64,000 nucleotides of DNA, taken from contig CAWHBU010000007.1 of assembly GCA_963827685.1 (NCBI GenBank), forward strand, positions 160,001-224,000. Direction: 5' to 3'. Below are positions 1 to 9,845 of this stretch, piece by piece; position 1 is the first letter of the stretch; each line of letters begins with the position of its first letter. The stretch is from an uncultured delta proteobacterium. GTDB lineage: Bacteria; Desulfobacterota; BSN033; UBA1163. The notes under the pieces are model-generated. The model did not search any database and was not told the DNA's origin. It was given only the letters and a program-made list of their open reading frames with translations. Both the position numbers and the translations under genes were made by a program.

Positions 1-694
1 GTGGTCGGGGTCACACCTTCGTCCTGATCAACAATCTTGGTCTGTTTCTTGGAGACTTTCACCTCCACCGGAAACATGTAGCGTTTCTGGAAGGCCCTGT
101 CATTCGCCAAAGCCATAAGATACTGCTCGTAGCGCCTCAGGACCACCGCATCACACTCCTCCTTTGTGATCCCCACTTCCCTTGCTACGTTCTCAGCGGT
201 CCTTAGCATCTTGGTCCGTGTTCTGGGGTCTCCCTCGAAGTTGTCCATCATCCAGTTTTCGCTCTCCACCTCACCTCCAGGGCCGAGGGGTTGGGCCACA
301 CCGTATGGGCCCCGTTCGAGCAACGGTCGGTCATCAGCCCAAAGGCCACATTGAGCGAACCATGATCAATGGCGAGTGCGGCGAGTTGGAGAATCGTCGT
401 GGAAGTTGAGCAGGCCTGGTGGATGAAGACCGCGGGCACGTGTTTCTGATCATCCAGCAGGGTGGCGGCAGACCAGGTGTGGCCGTAAAACAGGTGGTGT
501 TGCGGAATGGTGATCCCGAAGTAAACGTACTCGATAATGGTAGGATCAATCTTTTTCTTCTACAGAAACCAGTTGCGGGCTGTCTTGCCCCCGATCTCGA
601 TTGCGTTCTCATTCTGCAGGCTCCCCTGCCAGCGGCAGAACGGGCTCGAATAGTAGCCGTTGTAAGGGATATACACGTTCTCAAAAGTATCCAT
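1..694 (-). pseudogene. Thiolase (acetyl-CoA acyltransferase) N-terminal part, disrupted; runs off window start
   Basis: Manual translation from ATG 694 (RBS GGAGG): MDTFENVYIPYNGYYSSPFCRWQGSLQ...IHQACSTS (catalytic Cys)...ENWMMDNF...TAENVAREVGITKEECD. In-frame TAG at 560-562 and a 1-base frameshift at the G-run 287-290. Confidence 0.8.
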
Positions 695-772
695 AAGACT
701 TCCTCCTCATATGTTAGCTAGAAAATAAAGTTCACGTCTAACGCTCACGGCAACGATGCCCGTATCATTCAA

Positions 773-855
773 GAACGATGAACGTTAAACGATGAACGAT
801 GAACAGTAATATTCTCTTTTTTTGTTCATAGTTCATTGTCCATCGTTCATTGTTC
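773..855. repeat. Inverted heptamer arrays (GAACGAT)n ... (ATCGTTC)n forming a long hairpin
   Basis: GAACGATGAACG...GATGAACGATGAAC followed by GTTCATAGTTCATTG...CATCGTTCATTGTTC. Confidence 0.7.
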
Positions 856-883
856 AAAACGGGCTCCCTAACCGTAACCTTTA

Positions 884-928
884 CCTCCCTTCGTCCCCCC
901 TTAAATTAAGGGGGGAATAGAGAGGGGG
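884..928. repeat. REP-like palindrome
   Basis: TCCCCCCTTAAATTAAGGGGGGA core with CCTCCCT/AGAGGG flanks. Confidence 0.55.
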
Positions 929-945
929 TAGCAGGAAGGACGAAA

Positions 946-1436
946 CTAAAATACGAACAGGTCGAGTCCGCCCATCATGTTCATCACAGCGCCGGTCATA
1001 TACTTACCCCCTGCCGATGTCAGAAAGGCTACGGCATCGGCAATTTCCTGAGGGTCGGCAGGTCTTCCGACGGCTGTTTTCTTTTCAACCTTCTCACGTA
1101 CTGGCGGGGGGAGGAGGTCATAGCCGTCCGTTGCGGATATTCCGACGGCAACGCAGTTTGCAGTGATATTGAAGCGGGCCTCCTCAAGGGCTGTGGACTT
1201 CGCCAGGGCAATCAGTCCTCCCTTTGCAGCGCCGTAGCTCGTCTGGCCATAACCACCGATGACTCCGGCCACAGAGGTGATGTTGATAATGCGGCCCCAC
1301 TTGTTGGCGCACATATCTGCCCATGCCTCTTTGATACAATAAAAGGCGGAGTTGAGACATATCTTGACCTCGTCATCCCATTCTTCGATGGTGGTCTTGG
1401 CAATCGAAATATTGTGGCCCATGAGTGCGGCATTGA
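946..1436 (-). pseudogene. SDR/3-oxoacyl-ACP reductase-like gene, 5'-truncated
   Basis: GRIINITS, YGAAK catalytic motif, NITANCV and GRPADPQEIA are present. The N-terminal TGxxxGxG Rossmann part is absent and replaced by antisense IS630 sequence. Confidence 0.8.
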
Positions 1437-1978
1437 CTCCTTTGATCGCCTTGTGGATCAGGTGATGACACAACTCCCTTACAGAGATGCAAGAAAAGTG
1501 TTTTGGATCGTTGATAATGGATCTTCTCATCGGGGTTCCAAATCTGCAAACCGTTTGCAGGAGAAATATACCAATCTCGTCCTTATCCATGCTCCCGTCC
1601 ATGCCAGCTGGCTTAACCAGATCGAGATCTACTTTTCGATACTCCAAAGAAAAGCTCTTACACCGAATGATTTCTCCTCACTTCAGGCTCTTGAGGAGCG
1701 CCTTTTGAACTTCCAGAAGTACTATGAAGAAATTGCATATCCTTTCGAGTGGAAATTTATCCGGAAAGATCTGGATCGTCTTATGTGAAGCTCCCCGGCC
1801 ACAGGCCGGGGCTTCCCGAAAAGGAAATATCGTTTTAATTGTGCCCCTTGACCCCGCCTACAAGGCGGGGCTTGCGGGGCACTTGCCGGCCAAAAATAAA
1901 AACACCGTGGGCCGAACCATATCGGCTCGCCGCATAGCATAAAAATACGTTAGCGAATTTATGAACCAGGGTACTTAG
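1428..1978 (+). mobile_element. IS630-family remnant (3' part of transposase and right end)
   Basis: ORF 1414-1788 has WIVDNGSSH and HASWLNQIEIYFSILQRK (IS630 DDE). The tail resumes after the hairpin insert (KIKTPWAEPYRLAA*) and the element ends ...GGGTACTTAG. Confidence 0.75.
1785..1893 (+). repeat. Two-hairpin mini-element family F1, copy 1 (inserted in IS630 transposase tail)
   Basis: GTGAAGC-hairpin-GCTTCCCG..AAGG...ATTGTGC-hairpin-GCAC.TGCCGGCCAA; closely similar to 46421-46550. Confidence 0.8.
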
Positions 1979-2093
1979 CCCGAACTTAGCTTATAGTCAG
2001 CCCCTCCCCCTACTTATTGCGACACAGTCTCTCAGGGGAGAGGGAAGAAGTGAGGGGGATATTTGAAATATTCTTGCTTAGAGATCTTAATCG

Positions 2094-4115
2094 TTACTTA
2101 TGGACAAAGGAGGCGTTGACTTTTGCGCCATGTTTCATGAAATTATCGATTCCAATCTTCCTGTCCTCTGTAGCGAAACATTCGCCAAAGATCTTAGCCT
2201 CAAGTTTCAACCCATCCGAAAGGGTCATTTTTGCCCCCTCTAAAATCGCCTTTTGAAGAAGTGAATCAATCTTTCGGCTCAAATGTCCAATATCGACCTC
2301 TGGAAGCTTCGAAGGGACAGGAATGGGGCCTTTGGGGATTGAAGGAACCTTCACTTTTCCAGAAAGAATATTCTTTACCCAATTCATACCAGCCTCGATG
2401 ATATCGCCCTCCACTTCTTCCTGGATCAAGCCGATCTCTTTGGCCTGAGCTGAGGAAATGGGGTTCGAGTTTCGAAGGATGGGCCAGGCTTTTTCTAATC
2501 CTATCCATCTTGGAAGCCTCTGAGTTCCACCCGCTCCGGGGATGAAGCCGAGCTTTGGCTCGGGTTGACCCACTAAAACCTTCTGTCCTTTTTTGGCAAT
2601 CCGGGCAGTGCAGGCCATGGCTATTTCATTGCCGCCGCCAAAGGCCAGCCCATTCATGGCGCAGACCACAGGTTTGCCCAAACTTTCGATCAGATCAAGG
2701 ACAGAATAGTTTTTGAGGCATCCCTCTTCTCCTTCCTTGGCCGTTTTTTGAGAAGCCAGCATTCCAATGTCTGCACCCGAGACAAAGGCCCTTGTTCCGA
2801 AGCCGGTCAGAACCGCACCTTTGATCTTTGGATCTCTCTGGATGTCGAGGAAGTTCTCTTTCAACTGTTCAAAAACGTCCTCATTGAGTGCATTGAGAAC
2901 TTTTGGCCTTCGAATCTTAACGATGGCGACATCACCTTTATCTTCTCTGAAAACCACAGGAATCTTCCAGGGCTTGCCGATGGCCGCCTGCTTCTTGAGG
3001 ATCTCAGCCACTTTAAACCCAGGATTTTCTTTGGCATAATTTTCTACCAATTCGAGAGACTTCTTTATTCCAACCTGGTTCATCATTTGAAAAGGAGGAG
3101 TCATGACCAGCCCATTTTCCACTCCCAAATCCAGATCGGCGATATTACTGATCCCGCTCCCCACGATTTCACAAGCGATCCCGAAAAAAGCCCCCATCAC
3201 CCGGCTTGAAATAGCTTCGTAGACTTGTTGGCTGTACTCTACCTTCTCACCTTTTCCAGCCGTTTCCCAAGGGACCCCGGATTTCACCCGGTCGTCTAAT
3301 ATCTTCGGGGAACGGAACCAAGGCATAATGACCGACGTATAGATCTGAAGCCCATGCTGTGTGAGCGGATTTCCGCCGGTGAGATTATGACCGGTGAAAG
3401 GACCGATGCCCATTCCGAGGGTTTTTTGAATAACGGCATCGATCTCCTTGATGGTGCCAAGCCCCTTCTCCGCTAACAAGGCAGCAGCAAGGAAGATTCC
3501 TTCAAAGAAAGGATTCACGGCAAAGCCGAAACGACTCCCGACCCGGATCGGGGCCTTACCGGTGAATTCGTAAAGTTTCATCGAATACTCAACCGACGCG
3601 GGATTCGTCTCCTTCATAGGAACGATTTCAAGTAGGATGTTTCTCTCCGCAGGGAAAAAATAATGGAGCACCAGGCATCGGGACTTATCCTTCACCTTCG
3701 AAAAGATATCTTCGGGGGTCATGTGGGAAGAGTTTGAGGCGAAAATCGCCGTTTTTGGACAGATCTCTTCAAGCCGGGCGAAAACCTTATGCTTATCTTC
3801 CAGCGTCTCATAGACAGCCTCCAATATCAAATCGGCACCGGTCAACTTTCCGTAATCCAGGGTGAATTCGATATTCCGGAAGATGGCGTCCGCTTCTTCT
3901 TTCTTATAGATTTTTTTCTCTATAGCCTTATTCACTTTTGATTCAGTTTTCTTTGAACCCGAATCAAGGGCTGCCTGGGCAATATCAACGACAACAACAG
4001 GCACACCGTAAGGATATAGGTTTTGGCTGAAATGAAGCGCAATATCAGGGCCGATATTGCCCGATCCAATGACACCAATCTTTCGAATCGTCCGACCAAA
4101 CATTGTAAATGCCAT
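2094..4115 (-). CDS. 3-hydroxyacyl-CoA dehydrogenase / enoyl-CoA hydratase fusion (HAD N-terminal, ECH C-terminal)
   Basis: GVIGSGNIG Rossmann, EAVYE, ASNSS, HYFFP; then crotonase motifs AFVSGADI, GGGNEIAMAC, GQPEPKLGFIPGAGG. Confidence 0.9.
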   Translation of the reverse strand: MAFTMFGRTIRKIGVIGSGNIGPDIALHFSQNLYPYGVPVVVVDIAQAALDSGSKKTESKVNKAIEKKIYKKEEADAIFRNIEFTLDYGKLTGADLILEAVYETLEDKHKVFARLEEICPKTAIFASNSSHMTPEDIFSKVKDKSRCLVLHYFFPAERNILLEIVPMKETNPASVEYSMKLYEFTGKAPIRVGSRFGFAVNPFFEGIFLAAALLAEKGLGTIKEIDAVIQKTLGMGIGPFTGHNLTGGNPLTQHGLQIYTSVIMPWFRSPKILDDRVKSGVPWETAGKGEKVEYSQQVYEAISSRVMGAFFGIACEIVGSGISNIADLDLGVENGLVMTPPFQMMNQVGIKKSLELVENYAKENPGFKVAEILKKQAAIGKPWKIPVVFREDKGDVAIVKIRRPKVLNALNEDVFEQLKENFLDIQRDPKIKGAVLTGFGTRAFVSGADIGMLASQKTAKEGEEGCLKNYSVLDLIESLGKPVVCAMNGLAFGGGNEIAMACTARIAKKGQKVLVGQPEPKLGFIPGAGGTQRLPRWIGLEKAWPILRNSNPISSAQAKEIGLIQEEVEGDIIEAGMNWVKNILSGKVKVPSIPKGPIPVPSKLPEVDIGHLSRKIDSLLQKAILEGAKMTLSDGLKLEAKIFGECFATEDRKIGIDNFMKHGAKVNASFVHK

Positions 4116-4168
4116 GAGAATCCTCCCTTCGTGTCTTCAAAAGAAGATCAGAATTCATCACTTGTTAG

Positions 4169-4303
4169 TTAGTCCATAATAGTGGAGACGCTGGAGACAA
4201 ATCCCTCCTTACCTCCCTTTACAAAAGGGAGGAATTCCCCTCTTTGGTAAAGAGGGATTAAAGGACATTTTCTGAAGAAAATATCTGCTCAATTATGGAC
4301 TCC
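4169..4303. mobile_element. MITE-like element with terminal inverted repeats and internal hairpins
   Basis: AGTCCATAAT ... ATTATGGACT TIRs, flanked both sides by TTAG (4165-4168, 4304-4307). Internal hairpins CCTCCCTTT-AAAGGGAGG and CCCTCTTT-AAAGAGGG. Confidence 0.65.
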
Positions 4304-4397
4304 TTAGTAACATCATGATGACAGGTGCCTTTGAAGAGGTGACCCTAACGACTCATCGGAACGTCGAGCGGTTAAGATCGTTCCTCTCATCTTTGAT

Positions 4398-4895
4398 TTA
4401 CTTCGTTACAGGCTCGAAGGCGAAGAAAACCCTTTCCGCCGTGATGGTGCCTGCTTTTCCTTTTTCAACGGGGATGGCAGGAACTTCGAACACGACAAAC
4501 TGTACTTCATCACCCGGCTTCAGTGTGCCCGCCGGACAGTTGATGACTCTGCTGAGCAACCTCCTGAGAGGATCTACCCCCAAATCGATCACAGCATGAA
4601 TAAGAGGGGCTTGAAATCCCAGAGGAACACCCTTTTCTTCTGCCGAGCAGACAACGACCTTGCCTCTCTTCGGCAGATCGATGTACTCAAGATTTTCGGA
4701 GTAGCACTTCGGACAGATGACTCTCGGAGGGTAAGCCACATGATTGCAGTCCTTACACTTCGTTGTAGTTAATCTGCCCTGTTTCAGGTTCTCATAAAAG
4801 GGCCATACCCTGTTAAACTCTTTTGCCTCGACAGGCCACATATCCATAGTGGTCGGGTAGAGACCTTCCAATACCGGAATTCCTAAGACTGGCAT
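4398..4895 (-). CDS. DUF35 Zn-ribbon/OB-fold protein (thiolase partner, ChsH2/BbsA-like)
   Basis: CKDC...YPPRVICPKC Zn ribbon followed by OB-fold; directly downstream of thiolase. Confidence 0.85.
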   Translation of the reverse strand: MPVLGIPVLEGLYPTTMDMWPVEAKEFNRVWPFYENLKQGRLTTTKCKDCNHVAYPPRVICPKCYSENLEYIDLPKRGKVVVCSAEEKGVPLGFQAPLIHAVIDLGVDPLRRLLSRVINCPAGTLKPGDEVQFVVFEVPAIPVEKGKAGTITAERVFFAFEPVTK

Positions 4896-4905
4896 ATGAT
4901 CCTCC

Positions 4906-6090
4906 TTATTTCACCGGTTCTCTTCCATAGACGATGATGGTATGTTCCGCGTTTGCCCCGCTCAGGTTGTGGGTCAGAGCAATATCGGCATTCTTCACCT
5001 GGTGTCGCGCACGCCCCTGCAGCTGTTTCATAATCTCAATCCCCTGCCGGATACCTGTTGCCCCAAAGGGATGACCCACGGCTAAGAGTCCGCCGTCTGT
5101 ATTGACGGGAACCTTTCCGCCAATCTCTATCTGTTTGGAGCCGCAGAAATCTCCTCCCTCGCCTTTCTTACAGAAACCAAGTTCTTCCACTTCGATGACC
5201 TCGGAGATGGAAAAACAGTCATGGGTCTGAGCCACCTTAATGTCACTGGCCGAAACCTTCGCCCTCTTGTAGGCCTTTTCTGCGGCGATTCTCGTATGCT
5301 TCCAATCAGCAAGATGGGCGCCTGGGAAATTGGCCGAAACGCTGTTCAGCGATACCTGAGCAGTACCCCTCAGGTAGACCAGAGGCCTATCCGTGTACTG
5401 CTTGGCTATTTCCTCGGTGGTCACAATACAGGCCGCCGCGCCATCCGTGATCGGGCAGCAATCATAGAGTGTCAGGGGCGGGACGACCACCGGTGCGTTC
5501 ATCGCCTCTTCCAGTGTCAGTCCTTTTTGCATCTGGGCCAACGGGTTGGTCGCTGCATAGTTGTAGTTTGCCACGGAGACAGCGGCCAACTGTTCTTTTT
5601 TTGTACCGTAATGCATAAAGTGTTCGGTGGCTGTTAAGGCGAAGAAGGGCGGCGGGAGTCCCATCCCGTGGACGCCGTCCCAATCATGATCAACGGATGC
5701 CAGCTCGCTATAAAAGACTTCCCATTTCTGGGGCGTGTAGAGCTTTTCCCCGCCTGCGACCATCACGATATCGGCATTTCCCGATTCAACAAGTGCCTTT
5801 GCCAGAATGATACCGGTGCTTCCTCCGGCGCACAACACATCCACTCTCGCACATATCGACGTGGGGGTCAAACCGAGTCTCTCTGCGATCACCGGAGCGG
5901 TGTTTACCTGAAAGGAACATCTCCCCGCAAACGAGGTCGCCACGATGAGACCGTCGATGTCCTTAGGTTTTAATCCGGGGATGTCATCGAGGCACGCTTT
6001 GGCCGCTTCCTGAAACAGGTCAACCAAGTGGGCTTCTCGAATTCCCCACTTGTTCTGACCGCCTCCAATAATGCATGCATGTCTTGCCAT
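4906..6090 (-). CDS. SCP-x/archaeal-type thiolase
   Basis: LCAGG (catalytic Cys), DCCPITDGAAA, HDCFS, NTDGGLLAVGHPFGATG, THNLSG. Confidence 0.9.
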   Translation of the reverse strand: MARHACIIGGGQNKWGIREAHLVDLFQEAAKACLDDIPGLKPKDIDGLIVATSFAGRCSFQVNTAPVIAERLGLTPTSICARVDVLCAGGSTGIILAKALVESGNADIVMVAGGEKLYTPQKWEVFYSELASVDHDWDGVHGMGLPPPFFALTATEHFMHYGTKKEQLAAVSVANYNYAATNPLAQMQKGLTLEEAMNAPVVVPPLTLYDCCPITDGAAACIVTTEEIAKQYTDRPLVYLRGTAQVSLNSVSANFPGAHLADWKHTRIAAEKAYKRAKVSASDIKVAQTHDCFSISEVIEVEELGFCKKGEGGDFCGSKQIEIGGKVPVNTDGGLLAVGHPFGATGIRQGIEIMKQLQGRARHQVKNADIALTHNLSGANAEHTIIVYGREPVK

Positions 6091-6133
6091 ACCATCCTCC
6101 TTAAGGTTTCTCCAAATAGAGTCGTGGTGGAAT

Positions 6134-6586
6134 TCAAACCACCTCTTTAAGTTTTTCCTGTAGTCTCTTGGTGAATTCCTTTTCGATATCCTTTGCCATT
6201 CCCTTCATGACTCTGTCGCCAAACATGGCAAGCTTCCCTACGATGTTGACGTCCACCTTATAGATAACCTCCACATGACCCGGCGACACTTCTTTCAAAT
6301 CCACAACACCCTTCTGCTTAAAATGACCGAGCTTCGTCGCATCCTCGCCTTCCCCCTCGATCTCGATATGGGATGGCTTTTCAACCTTGGTGATCCTGTT
6401 GACGGATTTCGCCTTCACTGAAACGGGACCGACTTTCTGCTTTATGACACACTCATAGGTGGTGTCATCGATCAGCTTGACGGATTCTGCACCCGGCAGA
6501 CAAGTCAAAATGGTCTCCGGTTTCATCAGAAAATCAAACAACTTATCGATCGGTGCGGTTAATGTAAAACCTCCCTCTATGATCAT
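6134..6586 (-). CDS. CoxG/SRPBCC family protein
   Basis: CLPGAESV, KVGPV, DVNIVGKLAMFGDR; adjacent to Mo-hydroxylase genes. Confidence 0.85.
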   Translation of the reverse strand: MIIEGGFTLTAPIDKLFDFLMKPETILTCLPGAESVKLIDDTTYECVIKQKVGPVSVKAKSVNRITKVEKPSHIEIEGEGEDATKLGHFKQKGVVDLKEVSPGHVEVIYKVDVNIVGKLAMFGDRVMKGMAKDIEKEFTKRLQEKLKEVV

Positions 6587-6617
6587 GAAAAAAAACCTCC
6601 TGCTCTTTCAATTTGGC

Positions 6618-6845
6618 TTACAAAGAACCCTGTACCTTCTCGATGAGCTCGGCCAGGGTGATATAGCTCTTATTTCCAGGGGTTGTCGCCTGCTCGATCA
6701 TAAGATCGATAAATGTGAACCCCCGCGTCTTGCCCTGTTCGTCAACCCATGCCTTATGGGGTTTATCGCCCGTTCCGAACATGTGTCTTGCGACCTGTAG
6801 ACTGGCGCTCCATTCTTTTTTACAAACAGGACATTTAAAGCTCAT
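6618..6845 (-). CDS. Small C2H2-like zinc-finger protein, unknown function
   Basis: CPVC-x12-H-x8-H; RBS GGAGG upstream; in operon. Confidence 0.7.
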   Translation of the reverse strand: MSFKCPVCKKEWSASLQVARHMFGTGDKPHKAWVDEQGKTRGFTFIDLMIEQATTPGNKSYITLAELIEKVQGSL

Positions 6846-6863
6846 GGAATCCCTCCTTGTTCA

Positions 6864-6959
6864 CCCCGTAAGAAATAATGGCCCCGCTGTTCTGCGGCGG
6901 GGTTAGATTTTTGAAAAATTCCAGCGACGTTTAATGCCCCATTGGGATTTCTAACGGGG
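6864..6959. mobile_element. Mini-element with CCCCGT(T)AGAAAT / ATTTCTAACGGGG inverted ends
   Basis: The same inverted ends occur at 30034-30096. Confidence 0.6.
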
Positions 6960-6960
6960 C

Positions 6961-9300
6961 TCACTTCCCTTTTTTCCCCTTTTCTTTTTTGTCTTTTTCT
7001 TTTTTTTCTTTCTCTTTCTCTTCCTTTTCCTTCAGAGCTTTCACAATCATTTCAGGCAGTATGGGATTTTCCTTTATCTGCACGCCGAAAGCATGAAAAA
7101 CGGCGTTGCCAATGGCTGCAGCGGTGGGGTTGGTCAGGCCTTCGCCGGCCTCCTTCGCACCGTAGGGTCCCTCCGGCTCGTACGTGTCAATTTCGGCGAC
7201 GGGGACTTCGGGCATCTCTGTGGCACGGATGACTTTGTAGTCCACCAAGTTCGGGTTCATCATCTTGCCGTCCTCAAAGGGCATGTGTTCAAGGTAACCG
7301 TAACCGGCCGCCATGGAGAAAGCCCCCTCGAGCTGACCGATGAGGCCGAGATGGTTGATGGGCTGGCCGCAGTCATGGGCCGTCAGGCTATCGACGAGCT
7401 TGATCTTGCCCGTTTCCTTGTCAATTTCCACCTCCACTCCCTGCAACATATAGCTGTAGGCAGGAGAGATCATGCCTTTTCCGTGAGGCGTGTAATAACC
7501 TCTGCCCGTGATCCTCTGCCCGTCTTTACCGCGGAGAGCCTTTTTGACCAGATCAAAGTAGTCAAAACCCCTTTCCGGGCGGGCAACACTGTGGACCCAT
7601 CTGTTTTTGATGTCGAGGTCGTAGATGATATTAAAACCCGATTGTGCGTAAGCGAATTCAAGAAGCTGTTTCTTTGCATCTTCTGCCGCCATCTTCACGG
7701 CATTGCCCGCCATCAGGGTTTGTCGGGAGCCCCAGGCCCCCAGGTCAGCCGGGCAATGCTCCGTATCACCCGAGTGCACCTTGATGTCCTCCATTTTAAC
7801 ACCCAATGTCTCGGCACAGATAATGGCGAGGGTGGTATTGGAACCCTGCCCCATATCCTGAGCACCCACGTACAGTTCTACGGTTCCATCGTAATTGATG
7901 GTGACCACCGCCGAGGAGAAGGCATAGGGAGTATCGAACCAGTTGAAGATGCCGCCGGACATGAAGCCGCAGGCCGAGACCCCGATGGCTCTATTGGGAG
8001 GCAATTGACCTTTATCCTTGACCCATTTTTGGATCGTGTCGAAACACTGATTCAGGCCGCAGCTTGAGATGGTTGCCTGGCCCGGAACTTCGTAACCTTC
8101 ATAATGGCCGTTCTTCCGCCTCATCTCAATCGGATCAAGGCCTAAGTCCGCGGCGATCCATTCAATCTGCTGCTCTGAACAGAACATGGCCTGGGGGGCG
8201 CCAAAGCCGCGCATGGCCGTAGACGGAAGCGTGTTGGTATAGACCCTGTAGCCATCATACCGATATCCCTTCCACCTATAAGGGAAGGAGTGGAAGAAAC
8301 CGGTGAGGTAAAGGGCTGTTGCACCCATGCCGGTGTAGGCACCGCCGTTGGTGAAAACTTTGGCTTCCCGAGCACAGAAGGTCCCGTCCTTTTTCACGCC
8401 GGTTCGGACATAGTAATACATCGGGGTCCGACGCTTCGTAGCGCTAAATTCTTCTTCTCTCGTGAAGACGATCTTGACCGGTCTGCAGAGTTTCATGGAG
8501 AGCACGGCACTACAGAAGATTGCCCCGTCAAGCTCGAATTTGCCCCCGAAACCGCCCCCTACGTAATGAGAGATGACACGTATGTTCCCCTCTTTCAAAC
8601 CCAACACGCCGGCAAGGAGCGCCTGCATGTAATAAGGGGCCTGAGTAGAATGGTAAGCCGTGAGCTTTCCATCAGGAGTGTAGCTCGACACTGCCGACCG
8701 GGTCTCCATGCACATATGGGCCTGACCGCCGCATTTGAACCAGTCTTCCCGAACGTAGTCCGCTTCTTCAAAGGCCGCCTCCACGTCGCCCCACTCGATA
8801 TGCCGGGTCACGTTGATGTTACGCTCAAAGCCTTCATGGATTTCAGGGGCCTCTTTCTTAATGGCCTCCATCGGCTCGAAAACCGCAGGAAGCACTTCAT
8901 ATTCCACATCAATCAGATTAAGGGCTTGTTCCGCGATCTCCTCGGTCAACGCGGCCACGGCGGCAACCGGTTCGCCGATATAACGTACCTTTTCGACGGT
9001 GAGTATCTGCTCATCGCAGAGATCTTGGTAGCGCCGCCAGATCCCCTGCTTGACCCCAAGGGTGTCCTTGCCTGTCACCACTCCGATCACACCGGGAAAC
9101 TCCAGGGCCTTGTTGGCGTCGATGTTCAGGATTTTGGCATGGGGATGCGGACTGCGCAGAATCTTACCGTAGAGCATGCCGGGTAGTTTTACGTCGAAGG
9201 TATAGATTGCCCGGCCTGTCACCTTCGCAATTCCGTCCACATTGTGAACGTGGGTATTGATGATCGTGAATTTATTCTTAGCCGGACTCGTGCTTGTCAT
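6961..9300 (-). CDS. Xanthine-dehydrogenase-family molybdopterin subunit, 4-hydroxybenzoyl-CoA reductase alpha-like
   Basis: KVTGRAIY, LRSPHPHA, TQAPYY, GGGFGGK, AMRGFG, GQGSNT, GSRQT, GPYGAKEAGEG. Confidence 0.85.
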   Translation of the reverse strand: MTSTSPAKNKFTIINTHVHNVDGIAKVTGRAIYTFDVKLPGMLYGKILRSPHPHAKILNIDANKALEFPGVIGVVTGKDTLGVKQGIWRRYQDLCDEQILTVEKVRYIGEPVAAVAALTEEIAEQALNLIDVEYEVLPAVFEPMEAIKKEAPEIHEGFERNINVTRHIEWGDVEAAFEEADYVREDWFKCGGQAHMCMETRSAVSSYTPDGKLTAYHSTQAPYYMQALLAGVLGLKEGNIRVISHYVGGGFGGKFELDGAIFCSAVLSMKLCRPVKIVFTREEEFSATKRRTPMYYYVRTGVKKDGTFCAREAKVFTNGGAYTGMGATALYLTGFFHSFPYRWKGYRYDGYRVYTNTLPSTAMRGFGAPQAMFCSEQQIEWIAADLGLDPIEMRRKNGHYEGYEVPGQATISSCGLNQCFDTIQKWVKDKGQLPPNRAIGVSACGFMSGGIFNWFDTPYAFSSAVVTINYDGTVELYVGAQDMGQGSNTTLAIICAETLGVKMEDIKVHSGDTEHCPADLGAWGSRQTLMAGNAVKMAAEDAKKQLLEFAYAQSGFNIIYDLDIKNRWVHSVARPERGFDYFDLVKKALRGKDGQRITGRGYYTPHGKGMISPAYSYMLQGVEVEIDKETGKIKLVDSLTAHDCGQPINHLGLIGQLEGAFSMAAGYGYLEHMPFEDGKMMNPNLVDYKVIRATEMPEVPVAEIDTYEPEGPYGAKEAGEGLTNPTAAAIGNAVFHAFGVQIKENPILPEMIVKALKEKEEKEKEKKEKDKKEKGKKGK

Positions 9301-9782
9301 TATCCCACCTCCCTGTAATCACCTTTTGCCACCGCCTCAATCGCCCGGACAATGCTGTTGTAGCCTGTGCAACGGCAGATATTTCCTTCGATCCCCTCTC
9401 TGATCTCCTCCTTGGTGGGAGCTGGGTTTTCTTTCAAGAGTGCCTCACATGACATCAGCATACCCGAGGTACAGAAGCCGCACTGGTAAGAACCATGGTC
9501 GAGGAAGGCCTTCTGGATCGGTGCCAGCTTGCCGTTCTTCTCAAGCCCCTCCACCGTTGTGATATGCCTTCCCTCTGCTTGCACTGCAAGAACGGAGCAC
9601 GATTTGACCGCCATACCATCGATCAGCACTGTGCAGGCCCCGCAGGAGACCGTATCGCAGCCCCTCTTGGTTCCGGTCAGACCAATATGGTCTCGGATGA
9701 CCTCCACAAGAAGGGTTTTTGGATTTATGGTAAGCTCATGTTTTTGGCCATTCACCGTCAATGTTAGTAGACGCTTTTCCAT
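9300..9782 (-). CDS. 2x[2Fe-2S] small subunit (CoxS/HcrC-like)
   Basis: GCDTVSCGAC...SC and QCGFC...CRCTGY. Confidence 0.92.
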   Translation of the reverse strand: MEKRLLTLTVNGQKHELTINPKTLLVEVIRDHIGLTGTKRGCDTVSCGACTVLIDGMAVKSCSVLAVQAEGRHITTVEGLEKNGKLAPIQKAFLDHGSYQCGFCTSGMLMSCEALLKENPAPTKEEIREGIEGNICRCTGYNSIVRAIEAVAKGDYREVG

Positions 9783-9845
9783 GTTGTCAGACCCTCCTTT
9801 ACTTTAACCTCAACGTTGCAGAAAAACATCAAAACATACTCGGTG

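Noticed and set aside
946-1647. 233-aa ORF as a novel SDR with a unique N-terminus
   Set aside because: The N-terminal part is the antisense of an IS630 transposase fragment.
6961-7030. Lys/Glu-rich purine tract at the end of the Mo subunit
   Set aside because: Simple low-complexity C-terminal tail; no evidence of a separate element.
7093-9186. Long plus-strand ORFs (324 aa, 298 aa) and similar shadow ORFs elsewhere, e.g. 35639-36538
   Set aside because: They are antisense to well-supported genes and have no recognisable motifs.
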